Shown: positions 8,419-18,608 of the stretch, one piece after another
How the letters are laid out: every line of letters starts with the position of its first letter
How positions within the stretch are numbered: position 1 is the first letter of the stretch
Assembly (NCBI GenBank): GCA_965223325.1
Contig: CBDCWI010000002.1
Coordinates: 3,040,001 to 3,104,000 of the forward strand
Reading direction: 5' to 3'
Origin: Candidatus Multivoradales bacterium
GTDB lineage: Bacteria; Acidobacteriota; Thermoanaerobaculia; Multivoradales; Multivoraceae
Length of the DNA: 64,000 bases
Notes under the pieces: model-generated
Told to the model about the DNA's origin: nothing
Databases searched by the model: none
Seen by the model: the letters and a program-made list of their open reading frames with translations, nothing else
Position numbers and translations under genes: made by a program

Positions 8419-9466
8419 TCAGTGCCGCCGTCTGAGTCGCCACCGAAAGAGCGGTTCAGGCGTAAGCTGCGCCGCGTGTGTTTCCCACAGAAGGAAGCGG
8501 TCGAACACTGACAGTGCACCGACCCACAGCTCGTTCCACGCCTCGAAAGCGATCGACGGGACGGGGTCTTGATGGCGCATCCAGCGCCACCCACGCCACT
8601 CGAGCTCGAGCAGGCCACCTTCTTCTGACCACACGAGGCTGTCGCCGTGGGCCGAAGGCGATTCGCTCCAGAAACACGGCAAAATCGCGCGGTGCCTGAC
8701 CTGTGCTGCCAAGAACCTCCTGCGCCCCATCCAACCAGTGCATCGCAACTGCCCGCGCAGACCGGCCCGCGCAGTCGCGCGCATCCTGGGGCCCGAAGAG
8801 GTCTTCCAGCACTCCGAGTGACGTCGCCATGTAGTCGGAAGCGTAGTTGCGATAGGCCTTGGCGAGACGTTCCTCCGGCCACTCGGCGGCAGCAGTACCC
8901 GGAGCACGGTCGGGTTCGAAGCGCGGCATCTCTTCGTCGGGCGCAAAGCGTAGGCGCTCCTCGGGAGCGAGCTCGTCGTCTCCCTCCAGGTAGTAGCCCT
9001 CGAGACCGGGCTGTCCGTCGACTGTCTGCTTGGTGCAGACGAACCCGAGCCGCGGATTACCGAGACTCACGCCGTTGTGGGCATGCCAGCCCCACATCAT
9101 GGCGGCCGAAACCTCTGTAGGAATCCCCGCAATGGCAACGCCCTGCCAGATCCACCGCGGTGGCGGGTAACGCACCCAGGCTTTCCTGTCGGACTCTTGG
9201 TGGTACTCCACCTTGACGCCCCCGAGGGCATTCGAGAGGTAGTGGTACTGAGCACAGGCCACGGCATCGGGCAAACCGTCGAGCCCCAGCTTTCTGAGGC
9301 CGGGCAGGAACTGTTCGAGGTGTTTCGTCCTGAAGAGCTGGCGCACGAAGCGACTGGCGTCTGCTGTGCCGCGGTGGGCGATGAGATGCAGGATCAAACC
9401 GGTCAACCAGTCGTGGTAGAGCTGGGCCGTCGCCTGGATGGCTGGGTCAGGACGGTTGTCGCTCAA
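8419..9466 (-). pseudogene. Hypothetical protein with a probable 1-nt frameshift near 8655 (pseudogene or sequencing error)
   Basis: Frame 8456..9466 reads protein-like up to FLERIA then becomes Arg/Pro-rich; a plausible C-terminus (SAHGDSLVWSEEGG...FEAWNELWVGALSVFDRFL...FRWRLRRRH) continues in the frame ending at 8419. Confidence 0.65.
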
Positions 9467-9484
9467 GGTTTCATTGACCGGTGG

Positions 9485-10555
9485 TCAGGTCATGCCGCCC
9501 AGTACGGCAACCTCGGTCCCGCAGCCGGTGCGGAGGACGGTCCCTGGTTCGAGGGCTCGCCGCTGGAGCATGGCGAGTGCAGGGACCCTGCCCTCTGTTG
9601 ATCGTGATGCCAGGCTGGTCAACGACCCGGCTGGCCGGTCGTCGAGCAGAAGCTCTGCGCCCACCAGCAGCGACGCAGCAACTTCTTCTTCGAACTCGAG
9701 TCGGCGCAGCTGGCGTGCCGCCTGCCCGCGATAGTGCAAGCGCGCCACGACCTCCTGGCCGAGGTAGCAACCCTTCTCCCAATCGATCGCACCCTCGATG
9801 CCGCTTTCCTGTGGCAGGTTGGCATCGTCGAAGTCCCGGCCCCACGACGCCACACCGGCGGCGATGCGCTGGCTTTCCAGGGCCTCGTGACCAACGAGCT
9901 CGAGGTCTGTGTCTTCGAGCCAACCGGAAACCACCAGATCGGCGATTCCTTCCGAGATCCACGCGACGTAGGCAGGAGCACCCAGGCGCTCATGGCGACC
10001 GAGGTGGACCTGGGTTCCGCCGAGTGTGACGCGCCGATGAGCCCAAGGCGTTGCGAGGACGTCTGATGCCGTATCGACAGCGAGTGTTGCAATCGTTGGG
10101 GAGGCACTCTCGCCGACAATGGCGATCGGCAAGAGCTCGTCGAGCCGCCGTACCTCGACCCGGTCCATCACGATGTACTTCTCGAGGTGCTCCTTGATTG
10201 GCCGCGCACGCCCCGCAGGCAGTTCGAGCCACAAACGATCGGCCAGCGCGCGGACAACGGCAGTGGCCATCACGCGACCCTTGCCGTTGGTCATGAAGCC
10301 GAAGGTTCCTTCGCCTTCTTCGAGAGCGAGGACATCGCAGGTGATCTGGCCTTGCAGGAACCGGGCGCGATCATCGCCGACCAGTTCGAGGCGGCTCCTG
10401 TCCGACAGATCGGCGACACCGCAGCTCTCCTGCAACCGCTGCAGCTCCGCGCGCGCGTCGCCATAGTGGTTCGGAAGCCGGAAACTCGCCACTTCGGCGA
10501 ACGCGGCACCGCGTGCTTCGTGTAGGGCACGAAGCGGCAGGTCACGCGCCGCCAT
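9485..10555 (-). CDS. YgfZ/GcvT-like folate-binding protein
   Basis: DLSDRSRLELVGDDRARFLQGQITCD and KGCYLGQEVVARL signature. Confidence 0.9.
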   Translation of the reverse strand: MAARDLPLRALHEARGAAFAEVASFRLPNHYGDARAELQRLQESCGVADLSDRSRLELVGDDRARFLQGQITCDVLALEEGEGTFGFMTNGKGRVMATAVVRALADRLWLELPAGRARPIKEHLEKYIVMDRVEVRRLDELLPIAIVGESASPTIATLAVDTASDVLATPWAHRRVTLGGTQVHLGRHERLGAPAYVAWISEGIADLVVSGWLEDTDLELVGHEALESQRIAAGVASWGRDFDDANLPQESGIEGAIDWEKGCYLGQEVVARLHYRGQAARQLRRLEFEEEVAASLLVGAELLLDDRPAGSLTSLASRSTEGRVPALAMLQRRALEPGTVLRTGCGTEVAVLGGMT

Positions 10556-10562
10556 CGCCGGC

Positions 10563-11294
10563 TCAGGCTTCGGCAAGCCAGGCAACGTCGACCTCTTCGA
10601 GTGTTGCAACGACCCGATCGGCGCCGGCTGCGGCGAGCTCTTCCGCTGAGGCACCACCGGTTGCCACGGCCAGCGATCGCATGCCGTTGGAACGCGCGCA
10701 GTCGACGTCCCAGGTTGTGTCGCCGATCACCAGCACGTCGTCCCCCGCGTAGTCGTAGCCGTGGGCCAGCTGGGCCCGACGAAGAGCAGCCGGTGGCAAC
10801 TCGCGCCGGTCGATGCCGTCGTCGCCAAAACCGCCGCAGTCGAAGAGACCGTCGAGAGCCTTCGAAGCCAGCTTGATTCGCGCTCCCTCCCGCCAGTTGC
10901 CGGTCACCAACCCGAGCTCGAGACCGGGATGCGCCGCAGCTTCACTCAGCAGGCGGTCAACTCCAGGAAACACCTTGACCTTCGACTCGTCGAGACCGGA
11001 CTGCATACGCTCGAGATAGGCAGCCTTCATCGCCGGGAGACGATCGAGCACCTCGGAGCGCGAGAAACCCGCTCCCGTCATCAGGTCGATGACGATGGCC
11101 GGATCGGTGCGCCCGGCGAAACTGGTCGCGGCGAGGTCGCCCGTCTTGCCATAGATCTCGAGCAGGGCGGCGACGAACCGTTCGCCAACCTGGCGACCAC
11201 AGCGCAGGAGCGTGCCGTCGATATCGAACAGCAACAACCTCGTGCGGTTCCGCCGGGCGTCGGTGCCTCGGGTTCCTGGCGCGGTTGTCGTCAC
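10563..11294 (-). CDS. HAD-family hydrolase/phosphatase
   Basis: LFDIDGTLL, GRTD, LVTGN, VIGDTTWDV. Confidence 0.9.
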   Translation of the reverse strand: MTTTAPGTRGTDARRNRTRLLLFDIDGTLLRCGRQVGERFVAALLEIYGKTGDLAATSFAGRTDPAIVIDLMTGAGFSRSEVLDRLPAMKAAYLERMQSGLDESKVKVFPGVDRLLSEAAAHPGLELGLVTGNWREGARIKLASKALDGLFDCGGFGDDGIDRRELPPAALRRAQLAHGYDYAGDDVLVIGDTTWDVDCARSNGMRSLAVATGGASAEELAAAGADRVVATLEEVDVAWLAEA

Positions 11295-12952
11295 GTTTGC
11301 AGCACTCCCGTTCTAAACGCCTCGAGTTCACCCTCCCAGGCAGCGCATCCGAGACTGATGGAGATCGCCTCGCGCGTCTGGCGGGGATCGATCAAGCCGT
11401 CGAACCACATTCGACTGGCGGCGTAGCGCGGGTCCAGCGCTTCTTCGTAGCGCGCGCGTGTATCGGCGAGGAGCTCCTGGCGCTCTTCTTCCGAAACGTC
11501 GTCGCGGTTCTTCAATTGAATCGAGAGCAGGGTGTTGCTCGCCTGTTCGGCACCCATCACCGCTATCTGGGTCGACGGCCAGCCGAACAGGGTGCGCGCA
11601 CCGTAGGCCTTGCCGCACATCGCGTAGTTCCCGGCGCCGTATGAGTTGCCAACGAACACGGTGATCTTGGGCACTACCGAGTTGGCAACGGCGTTCACCA
11701 TCTTGGCCCCGTCTTTGATGATCCCGCCGCGCTCGGCGCGACTGCCGACCATGAATCCGGTCACGTCTTGCAGGAAGATGAGCGGAATGCCCTTCTGGTT
11801 ACAGAGTTGGATGAAGCGAGCCGCCTTGTCAGCCGAATCAGAGTAGATGACGCCACCGACCTGCAGTTCTTTCTCGCCCGGACCGGTCCCAGTCCGTCGT
11901 TCGACGATCTCGCGCTGGTTGGCGACGATGCCGACCGCCCAGCCGTCGATCCAACCCGTTCCGCAAACAATGCTCTTGCCGTAGGTCTTCTTGAACTCGT
12001 CGAACTCGGAGTCGTCGAGGAGACGCGCCAGCAACTCGAAGATGTCGTAGGGGCGCGAACGCTCGATCGGCAAAACTCCGAGCAGCTCTTCGGTGGGGTA
12101 CCGCGGCGGCTTGGCGGCCCGACGCGCAAAGGGCACCCGTACCGGAGTGCTCACCTGACGGAGCCCTCTGCGCACCGCTGCCAGGCAGGTCGCGTCATCG
12201 GGATGGCGGTGGTCGACGACTCCGCTCACGTCGGCCTGCACGATCGCTCCACCGAGCTCCTGGTTGTCAATCGATTCGCCAATCGCCGCCTTCACCAGAT
12301 GCGAGCCGGCGAGAAAGATCGAGCCGGTACCTTCCACGATGTGCGACTCGTCGCTCATGATCGGAAGATACGCACCACCCGCCACGCACGAACCCATGAT
12401 CGCCGCGACTTGATAGACGCCGGCGGCCGAGAGCCTGGCGTTGTTGTAGAACGCGCGCCCAAAGTGGTCGCGGTCAGGAAACAGGTCGGCCTGGAGCGGT
12501 AGGAAGGCGCCTGCCGAATCCACCAGGTAGACGATTGGCACCCGGTTCTCGAGCGCCATCTCCTGCGCTCGCAGGGACTTCTTGGCGCTGATCGGAAACC
12601 AGGCACCCGCTTTGACCGTCGCGTCGTTGGCAACCACGATGACCTCGCGACCGTGGACCCGCCCGATGCCGGTGACCATGCCGGCCGCCGGTGCGCCGCC
12701 CCACTCTTCATACTGGCCCCAACCGGCCCACAGCGCCGTCTCGAGAAACGGAGCGCCGGGATCGCAAAGCGAAGCGATGCGCTCGCGCGCAGTCATCTTG
12801 CCGCGGGCTCGGTGGCGCTCCATGCGTTTGGCGCCCCCACCCAGACGGATCTCTGCCGCCTGGTCCTCGAGGTCTTCGATTCGCCCCAGCCAATGATCGG
12901 TACGCCGGCGGAAGACATCGTCCGCTTTCAGCTGACTCTCAATGAAGACCAC
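11291..12952 (-). CDS. Acyl-CoA carboxylase carboxyltransferase subunit (methylcrotonyl/propionyl-CoA carboxylase beta type)
   Basis: RGKMTARERI, ANDATVKAGAW, YLVDSAGAFLP, GSCVAGGAY, FLQDVTGFMVG, GAGNYAMCG; GTG start at 12952 inferred. Confidence 0.9.
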   Translation of the reverse strand: MVFIESQLKADDVFRRRTDHWLGRIEDLEDQAAEIRLGGGAKRMERHRARGKMTARERIASLCDPGAPFLETALWAGWGQYEEWGGAPAAGMVTGIGRVHGREVIVVANDATVKAGAWFPISAKKSLRAQEMALENRVPIVYLVDSAGAFLPLQADLFPDRDHFGRAFYNNARLSAAGVYQVAAIMGSCVAGGAYLPIMSDESHIVEGTGSIFLAGSHLVKAAIGESIDNQELGGAIVQADVSGVVDHRHPDDATCLAAVRRGLRQVSTPVRVPFARRAAKPPRYPTEELLGVLPIERSRPYDIFELLARLLDDSEFDEFKKTYGKSIVCGTGWIDGWAVGIVANQREIVERRTGTGPGEKELQVGGVIYSDSADKAARFIQLCNQKGIPLIFLQDVTGFMVGSRAERGGIIKDGAKMVNAVANSVVPKITVFVGNSYGAGNYAMCGKAYGARTLFGWPSTQIAVMGAEQASNTLLSIQLKNRDDVSEEERQELLADTRARYEEALDPRYAASRMWFDGLIDPRQTREAISISLGCAAWEGELEAFRTGVLQT

Positions 12953-13014
12953 GGTGCCGCGATTATAGGGAGCCAAAGGCTCCTGCGGGCGGCGAATCAA
13001 GGCTTCTGATAGAT

Positions 13015-13032
13015 ACATACCGGTTGGTATGT
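13015..13032. promoter_or_regulatory. Inverted-repeat operator in a divergent promoter region (probable TetR site)
   Basis: Perfect ACATACC-GGTT-GGTATGT next to TACTCT (13033-13038); minus-strand TATAAT at 12962-12967 for the carboxyltransferase. Confidence 0.7.
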
Positions 13033-13048
13033 TACTCTCGGGCCGGGA

Positions 13049-13825
13049 ATGACAAACATGCCAGAAGATCAGATCGAAACCACATCCGCAGGCACATCCG
13101 CCGGAAAGAAGCGCCAGCGCAACCCGGCCGCCACTCGTCAGCGTCTCCTCGATGCGGCAGCACACGAAGTGCATCGTCAGGGCTTCAGGAACTCGGGCCT
13201 CGACGCCATCCTCAGTCAGGCCGGCGTGACCAAGGGTGCCCTCTACCACCACTTCGGCAGCAAACAGGGCCTCGGGTACGCGGTGCTCGATGAGGTCTAC
13301 GTTCCAATGCTGGAACGTCTCTGGATTACACCGCTCCAAGCTTCGGGCGACCCGCTCGACGCCATTGCCGCCAGCATTGCATCCGCACAGGCTCACTTCT
13401 GCGCGCCCAACTACGGTTGCCTCGATGGACCGGCCAACGGCCTGGAGAGTTCTCCGGAAAGTACCGAGAAGTGGCTTCACGGTTGCCCGCTCGACAATCT
13501 CGCCCACGAGATGGCTGACCTCGATGAGGGCTTCCACGAGCGAATCTCTGGTCTCTTCGATCGTTGGCGCCGTGCCCTCGAGGACCACCTCGAGGGAGCA
13601 CAGGAGTTGGGAGAACTACGTTCTGATGTCGTCTGTGCCTCCGCGGCAGCCTTCATTGTCTCCGCCTGCCAGGGCGCCGTCGCGCTCGCCAAGGGCTGTC
13701 AATGTCGCGACACCCTCGGCAGTTGCCTGCGAGAGCTCAACCGCTACCTCGAATCATTGCGACCCTCGCACGTACATACCAATGCAGGCTGCCCAACCTG
13801 CGAAGCGATTCCACAAGGAGAGTGA
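13049..13825 (+). CDS. TetR/AcrR-family regulator, Cys-rich
   Basis: HTH ILSQAGVTKGALYHHFGSK; GCPLDNLAHEM; 10 Cys. Confidence 0.9.
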   Translation: MTNMPEDQIETTSAGTSAGKKRQRNPAATRQRLLDAAAHEVHRQGFRNSGLDAILSQAGVTKGALYHHFGSKQGLGYAVLDEVYVPMLERLWITPLQASGDPLDAIAASIASAQAHFCAPNYGCLDGPANGLESSPESTEKWLHGCPLDNLAHEMADLDEGFHERISGLFDRWRRALEDHLEGAQELGELRSDVVCASAAAFIVSACQGAVALAKGCQCRDTLGSCLRELNRYLESLRPSHVHTNAGCPTCEAIPQGE

Positions 13826-13829
13826 GGAG

Positions 13830-14333
13830 ATGGCGAACGAACCGTTGAACGAGAACTCCCCAACCGAAATCGGTCCGGCTCGCACAACCGAGCCAACCGA
13901 GCTGCTTCCCAACGGAGAGCGTTGCGCCGAAGCTGAAGTAAGGCTCTCTGAGTTCCTCGATCGGCTCGAAGCGATGGACTTCGCACACCTCGAAAGCACC
14001 TACGCCGAACTGGCACGCGCCATCGACCTCGATTGTGGTCAGTATCTGCTGGGGCCTGAGGCCATCGTCGGCAGCACCCGCAACTGGCGCATGCAGTTCG
14101 ATACTCTCGAGCTGCGTGCAGAAAAAGTCCTACGCAGCGGACGTCGGGTACTGGCACGATGGACCGGCAGAGGCATCGACTCCTTTGGTCGTCGGCACCG
14201 GCTCGAGGGCCTGGAGCTGCTCGAACTCGATGGCGACGAGCGCATCGTGCGACAGTGGGCGATCGGTCGCGACTCGTTGACCACCGGCTGCAAGAGCGCC
14301 GCCAGCGATCCCGCTTCGTCGTCGGCAGCCTGA
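13830..14333 (+). CDS. SnoaL/NTF2-like domain protein
   Basis: GAGGAG RBS; GRRVLARWTGRG...LEGLELLELDGDERIVRQW. Confidence 0.65.
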   Translation: MANEPLNENSPTEIGPARTTEPTELLPNGERCAEAEVRLSEFLDRLEAMDFAHLESTYAELARAIDLDCGQYLLGPEAIVGSTRNWRMQFDTLELRAEKVLRSGRRVLARWTGRGIDSFGRRHRLEGLELLELDGDERIVRQWAIGRDSLTTGCKSAASDPASSSAA

Positions 14334-14403
14334 CGGCCTTCGCTCGGTCCATTGCAGACCGGAGGGCTGTCGGCGAACGCAGTCGCACCATTACAATCGC
14401 TCC

Positions 14404-15102
14404 ATGCACGTCCGCCTACTGACCTTCGCCAGCGCAAGCGACGCCGTGGGCGCCAACGAACTCGACCTCGAGCTCAAAGCTGGCTCAACGGTCGCCGACT
14501 TGAAGCAACTGCTCGACAGCCGCTACCCGTCTCTTGCCGGCCTATGGTCGCGGCTGGCAGTTGCGGTAGACGGTGAGATCGCAACCGACGATCAGGAAAT
14601 CCCAGAGAACTCGGAAGTCGCTCTACTTCCACCGGTCTCGGGCGGTGCCCCCACTGCTTCGGCCCTCGAGGCGCGCGTCGAACTGGTCCAGGACCCCCTC
14701 GACGTGCAGGCAATCGCCGCGCAGGTCAGCCGCCCGGAAGCCGGAGCCGTGGTGCTCTTCGTCGGCAATGTGCGCAACCACAACGATGGTCAAAAGGTCG
14801 AGCGCATCACCTACTTCTCCTACCGACGGATGGCGAGGCTGCGGCTCGAGCGCATCGTGCGTGAACTCGAGAGTGCACAGGAAGATCTACGCGTTGCCGT
14901 CTCACACCGACTCGGCCCCATCGAAGTGGGCGAAGCCAGCATCGCTATCGCCACCTCGTCGCCGCACCGCGAAGCCGCCTACGAGGCCAACCGACAGGCG
15001 CTCGAACGCATCAAAGCCGAAGTGCCGATCTGGAAGCGCGAGCACTACCGAAGCGGCGCCCATGCCTGGCGCGAGGTCGAGCCCCTCATAGCCGGCGAAT
15101 AG
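14404..15102 (+). CDS. moaD-moaE: Molybdopterin synthase MoaD-MoaE fusion (MoaX-like)
   Basis: MoaD part ends ALLPPVSGG; MoaE part GAVVLFVGNVRNHN...HRLG...SSPHR...IKAEVPIWKRE. Confidence 0.92.
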   Translation: MHVRLLTFASASDAVGANELDLELKAGSTVADLKQLLDSRYPSLAGLWSRLAVAVDGEIATDDQEIPENSEVALLPPVSGGAPTASALEARVELVQDPLDVQAIAAQVSRPEAGAVVLFVGNVRNHNDGQKVERITYFSYRRMARLRLERIVRELESAQEDLRVAVSHRLGPIEVGEASIAIATSSPHREAAYEANRQALERIKAEVPIWKREHYRSGAHAWREVEPLIAGE

Positions 15103-15150
15103 CGTTCGTTCGCGTAGCGCAGGGGAAGGCGCTCGCTCGGTGCCAAGCGC

Positions 15151-16536
15151 CTACTCCGGCAGCATGATCGGACCCCCAGCATCAAGTGCATCGCGCTCGT
15201 TCGCCAGGAAACCTCGGAAGCGCAGCTCGAGGTCGTGGAGTTCGAGGCCCACTTCGTCGGCCAGGTGGTGGACGGTCGGCGCACCGCCACTGGCAACGTT
15301 GGCAAGGAAGCGAAGGAAGCCCGCCCGCCAGCGGCCATCGTCACCTTCGATCAGCCAGGTGATGAACCAGCCAGCCTGGGCGTAATGCAGGCTGGCGCCC
15401 GCCCCCACGAAGCTCTCCCAATCGAGAGCCGCGAGATCGCGCAACGCGAGCAGCTCGGCCTTGGTTACGGCGCGATCGAGGATCGCCAGCGAGGCAAGCG
15501 GGCCGCCCATTCGCACCTGTCGCCCGTCGACCTGGCGAAAGCTCTCGAGCCGCTGCGCACGCGATGCACCCTCGGCGCTTGGCAGGCCGAAGTGGGAGAG
15601 GTCTTCCGCCATGCCCTCATCAAGCCACGGCGGCAGTGCCGGCCCAAGCGCCCTTCGATTGAGTAGGTGCCCAAGCTCGTGAATGAACGAGCTCTCCATC
15701 TCGATCGGCTCCGCCGTCGCCAGAACCACCAGTCCGCCGACCACGTGCCCGGCGCTCTCGAGGCCCCTGATGTCCGCGGTGCGATCCTGAAAGGCCAGGT
15801 AGGCCGGGCGCTCGCGAAAGATCGCCACCACCTCTTGTGGCTCACCGAGTGGCTCGACGGCGTAGCGCTCTCGGTAGACAGCCTCGGCGCGGCTCGCCGA
15901 GTGGGCGAGAGGAACGAGACGGGCGGCTTCGCTTCCGAGATCGTGAACCACGGTGTACGGACCAAGGCGTCCCTCGCCTGGCTCCGGGCCGAGCGCCTCA
16001 CGCACAGCCGCCAGGAGATCTTCGTCCGGCGGGCGCGGAAGTAGCGGCACCGGAGGTGCGACGGCCTCCCCAAGGGGCGGCACCGAAGGCGGCGGCTCGT
16101 CGAGGTCGACCCACACCTGGTCGTCCGAAGCCCAGTCGATACGCGCCCACGACCCACGCCGCTCGAGTACCGCCACCTGCCGCAGGTGCACAACGCGTGC
16201 GATGACTGGAGCACTCCCGATCGGACTCTTCCTCAGTGTCGTGCCGCCACCGATATAGACCTGCGGCAGCGGTGCGGGTGGCGGTGGGTCGTCGCCCGTC
16301 GCTCGGTCGGTGGCTCCAGCCTCGGCGCTCGTCGGCGGCTCGAGGTACTGCAGTCGCGTCCGCCGGAGTGCACGGCCCAGGCGCGGCGATCGCTCGAGCG
16401 TCTCGCGCTCGAGCGCCAGGAGGAAGGGCGCCTCGGGCACGCGGGTCAACCAGGCGAAACCGCCAATCAAGAAAAGGCCCGTCGCCAGAAGCAGCAACAG
16501 GAACGCAGTGCGTACCCGGCTCAACCAAAGGTTCAT
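15151..16536 (-). CDS. Membrane-anchored protein with SH3-like domain and HExxH metallopeptidase-like domain
   Basis: N-terminal TM; TLRKSPIGSAPVIARV...LERRGSWARI; FIHELGHLL...PPWLDEGMAE. Confidence 0.7.
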   Translation of the reverse strand: MNLWLSRVRTAFLLLLLATGLFLIGGFAWLTRVPEAPFLLALERETLERSPRLGRALRRTRLQYLEPPTSAEAGATDRATGDDPPPPAPLPQVYIGGGTTLRKSPIGSAPVIARVVHLRQVAVLERRGSWARIDWASDDQVWVDLDEPPPSVPPLGEAVAPPVPLLPRPPDEDLLAAVREALGPEPGEGRLGPYTVVHDLGSEAARLVPLAHSASRAEAVYRERYAVEPLGEPQEVVAIFRERPAYLAFQDRTADIRGLESAGHVVGGLVVLATAEPIEMESSFIHELGHLLNRRALGPALPPWLDEGMAEDLSHFGLPSAEGASRAQRLESFRQVDGRQVRMGGPLASLAILDRAVTKAELLALRDLAALDWESFVGAGASLHYAQAGWFITWLIEGDDGRWRAGFLRFLANVASGGAPTVHHLADEVGLELHDLELRFRGFLANERDALDAGGPIMLPE

Positions 16537-16545
16537 CGCGCGTGC

Positions 16546-17772
16546 CTACACAGCCTCGCCAACGTCGACGACGACGATCGTCCAGTCGTCCTCGACCGGG
16601 CAACCAAGCTCGGCGACGCGCCGCATCAAATCGCCGAGACCGGCTTCAGCGCTCTTCTGACTCACGCCCAGGGTTTCTTTGAGGAGAGCCTCGACTCGTT
16701 CGTAGCCAAGCACCTCACCTCTCTCATCGACCGCCTCCGGCAGCCCATCGGACATCAGCACCAGGCGATCGCCCGCGGCGAGTGCCCGGGACGTCGCGGC
16801 GTACTCGACGTCGGCTCGCAGTCCGAGAGGCAAGCGGGCACCCGATACCTCGACCACCTCGACGCTACCGTCGGCGCGCAGAAGCCAGGGGTCGGGCGAC
16901 CCGGCGTTGGCGACTTCGAGCAGCTGCTCGCCGACGTCAAAGCGCGCCAATGCGAGCGCAACGAACTCACGACCCAAGAGGTCACGAGCTAGCCGGCGGT
17001 TCATCTCACGAAGACTCTCGCCAACGCCAGTGTCACCGGCCAGGAACGGCAGCGTGGCCTTGACCGAAGCCATGATGAGACTCGCTGGCATGCCCTTTCC
17101 AGCCACATCGCCGACCGCGATCACCTGGCCGCCCTCGCCCGAGCCAAAGGTGTCCCAGAGGTCACCGGCGACTCCACGCGCGGCGACATGACGGGCGTGA
17201 ACCGTCCAGCCATCACCTTCCAGGCGATCGGGCGGCAAGAGGCGCCTTTGCAGCGAACGCGCCACTTCGAGCTCCTTCTCGGCAAACTCCCGCTCCTTGA
17301 GCTTCTCGATCGAGGCTTCGAGGTTGGTGCGCTGCCTCTCGACCAGCTCGATGGAAGAACCGACCAGGAGCGCCACCACGCCAAAGAAGACCAGCCGTTG
17401 AAGCGAAAGGGAGGCAGACTCGAAGACGACCAGCCCAAGAGCCGAAACCGCGAGGGTCCCCAGGGAATAGCCAACCGTCCCTCCGATTCCCAGCGACAGG
17501 AACCGTGCGAGGCGTGCCCAGCGTTGTGGACTGAGCAATCCGAAAACAAGCAGATCGACCGCTATGGCACCCCCAAAGGTGAAGACACCGATAAGCCCCC
17601 CGGCGACCAGCCCGGGCCAGTCTCGGAGCGTCAGCTCGCCAAAGATCGAAAGGGCCGAGAGCATCGCAATCATCACACCGACGAGAAACGAAACCCACGA
17701 CGCCCAGATCAACAGCCGCAGTGGCTGGCGAGTCGAAAGCAGGAAGGCCTCAGCGCTCCTGGGGGTCTTCAT
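16546..17772 (-). CDS. SpoIIE/RsbU-type PP2C phosphatase with N-terminal membrane domain
   Basis: ELEVARSLQRRLLP, VAGDLWD, GDVAGKG, ANAG, MSDGLPE, EDDWT; about 4 TM segments. Confidence 0.88.
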   Translation of the reverse strand: MKTPRSAEAFLLSTRQPLRLLIWASWVSFLVGVMIAMLSALSIFGELTLRDWPGLVAGGLIGVFTFGGAIAVDLLVFGLLSPQRWARLARFLSLGIGGTVGYSLGTLAVSALGLVVFESASLSLQRLVFFGVVALLVGSSIELVERQRTNLEASIEKLKEREFAEKELEVARSLQRRLLPPDRLEGDGWTVHARHVAARGVAGDLWDTFGSGEGGQVIAVGDVAGKGMPASLIMASVKATLPFLAGDTGVGESLREMNRRLARDLLGREFVALALARFDVGEQLLEVANAGSPDPWLLRADGSVEVVEVSGARLPLGLRADVEYAATSRALAAGDRLVLMSDGLPEAVDERGEVLGYERVEALLKETLGVSQKSAEAGLGDLMRRVAELGCPVEDDWTIVVVDVGEAV

Positions 17773-17900
17773 GGGTACTCCAGGCTTAGACGTTTCACCT
17801 ATCCTACGGACATCCGCAAGGGAATGATCCTTCCCGGCCACCCGTTGCTATTCTCGGGCGCTCTCTGCCCCACCCGTCGAGGCCCCGAGACCTGATTCCA

Positions 17901-18560
17901 ATGGACGACTCCATCAGAAGCGGCGACGACCGCATCCCCGCCGGCCAGTACACCACCGACAAGTGGCCGGTGCTGACCTACGGCGACACCCCCGAGCTGG
18001 CTCCCGAGCAGTGCTCGCTGCGTATCTTCGGAGCAGTTGAGAGCGAGGTGTCTTTTGACTGGGCCACGCTGCAGGCAATGGATCGAGTCGCGGTCACCGC
18101 TGATTTCCACTGCGTGACGCGCTTTTCGACGCTCGACAATCCGTGGGGCGGCATCGCGACTCGTGACCTCCTGGCGCATGCAACGGTCGATCCCGAGGCC
18201 TCGCATGTGATGGTGCACTGCCACGGCGGCTACACCACCAATATGCCGCTCGAAGACTTTCTGTCCGAGCGGGCGCTGGTTGCCCTCGAATGGGCCGGCA
18301 AGCCGCTCGACACCGACCACGGCGGTCCCCTTCGCCTGGTGATCCCCCACCTCTACGCCTGGAAGAGTGCCAAGTGGCTCGAAGCCATAGAGGTCCTGCA
18401 CGAAGACAAGCGCGGCTTCTGGGAAGAGAACGGGTACCACACCTACGGTGACCCGTGGCGCGAGCAGCGCTTCAGCAGCCAGGAAACCAAGGCCGCGCAC
18501 GAGGTCAGAAGGCGCGCCAAGGAACTCGGTATCCTTCCCGGAAAACCGGCCGGTGGCTGA
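17901..18560 (+). CDS. Sulfite oxidase-like molybdopterin oxidoreductase (YuiH/MsrP-related)
   Basis: PAGQY...DFHCVTRFS...GYTTNMPL...HGGPLRLVIPHLYAWKSAKW...GFWEENGYH. Confidence 0.9.
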   Translation: MDDSIRSGDDRIPAGQYTTDKWPVLTYGDTPELAPEQCSLRIFGAVESEVSFDWATLQAMDRVAVTADFHCVTRFSTLDNPWGGIATRDLLAHATVDPEASHVMVHCHGGYTTNMPLEDFLSERALVALEWAGKPLDTDHGGPLRLVIPHLYAWKSAKWLEAIEVLHEDKRGFWEENGYHTYGDPWREQRFSSQETKAAHEVRRRAKELGILPGKPAGG

Positions 18561-18608
18561 AGCATCAACAACCGTCCCGATCGCAAACACGTAACGGAGA
18601 CCTTTTCC

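Noticed and set aside
12953-13588. N-terminal extension of the carboxyltransferase ORF (765 aa)
   Set aside because: Overlaps the TetR gene antisense; family similarity and a -10 box support a start near 12952
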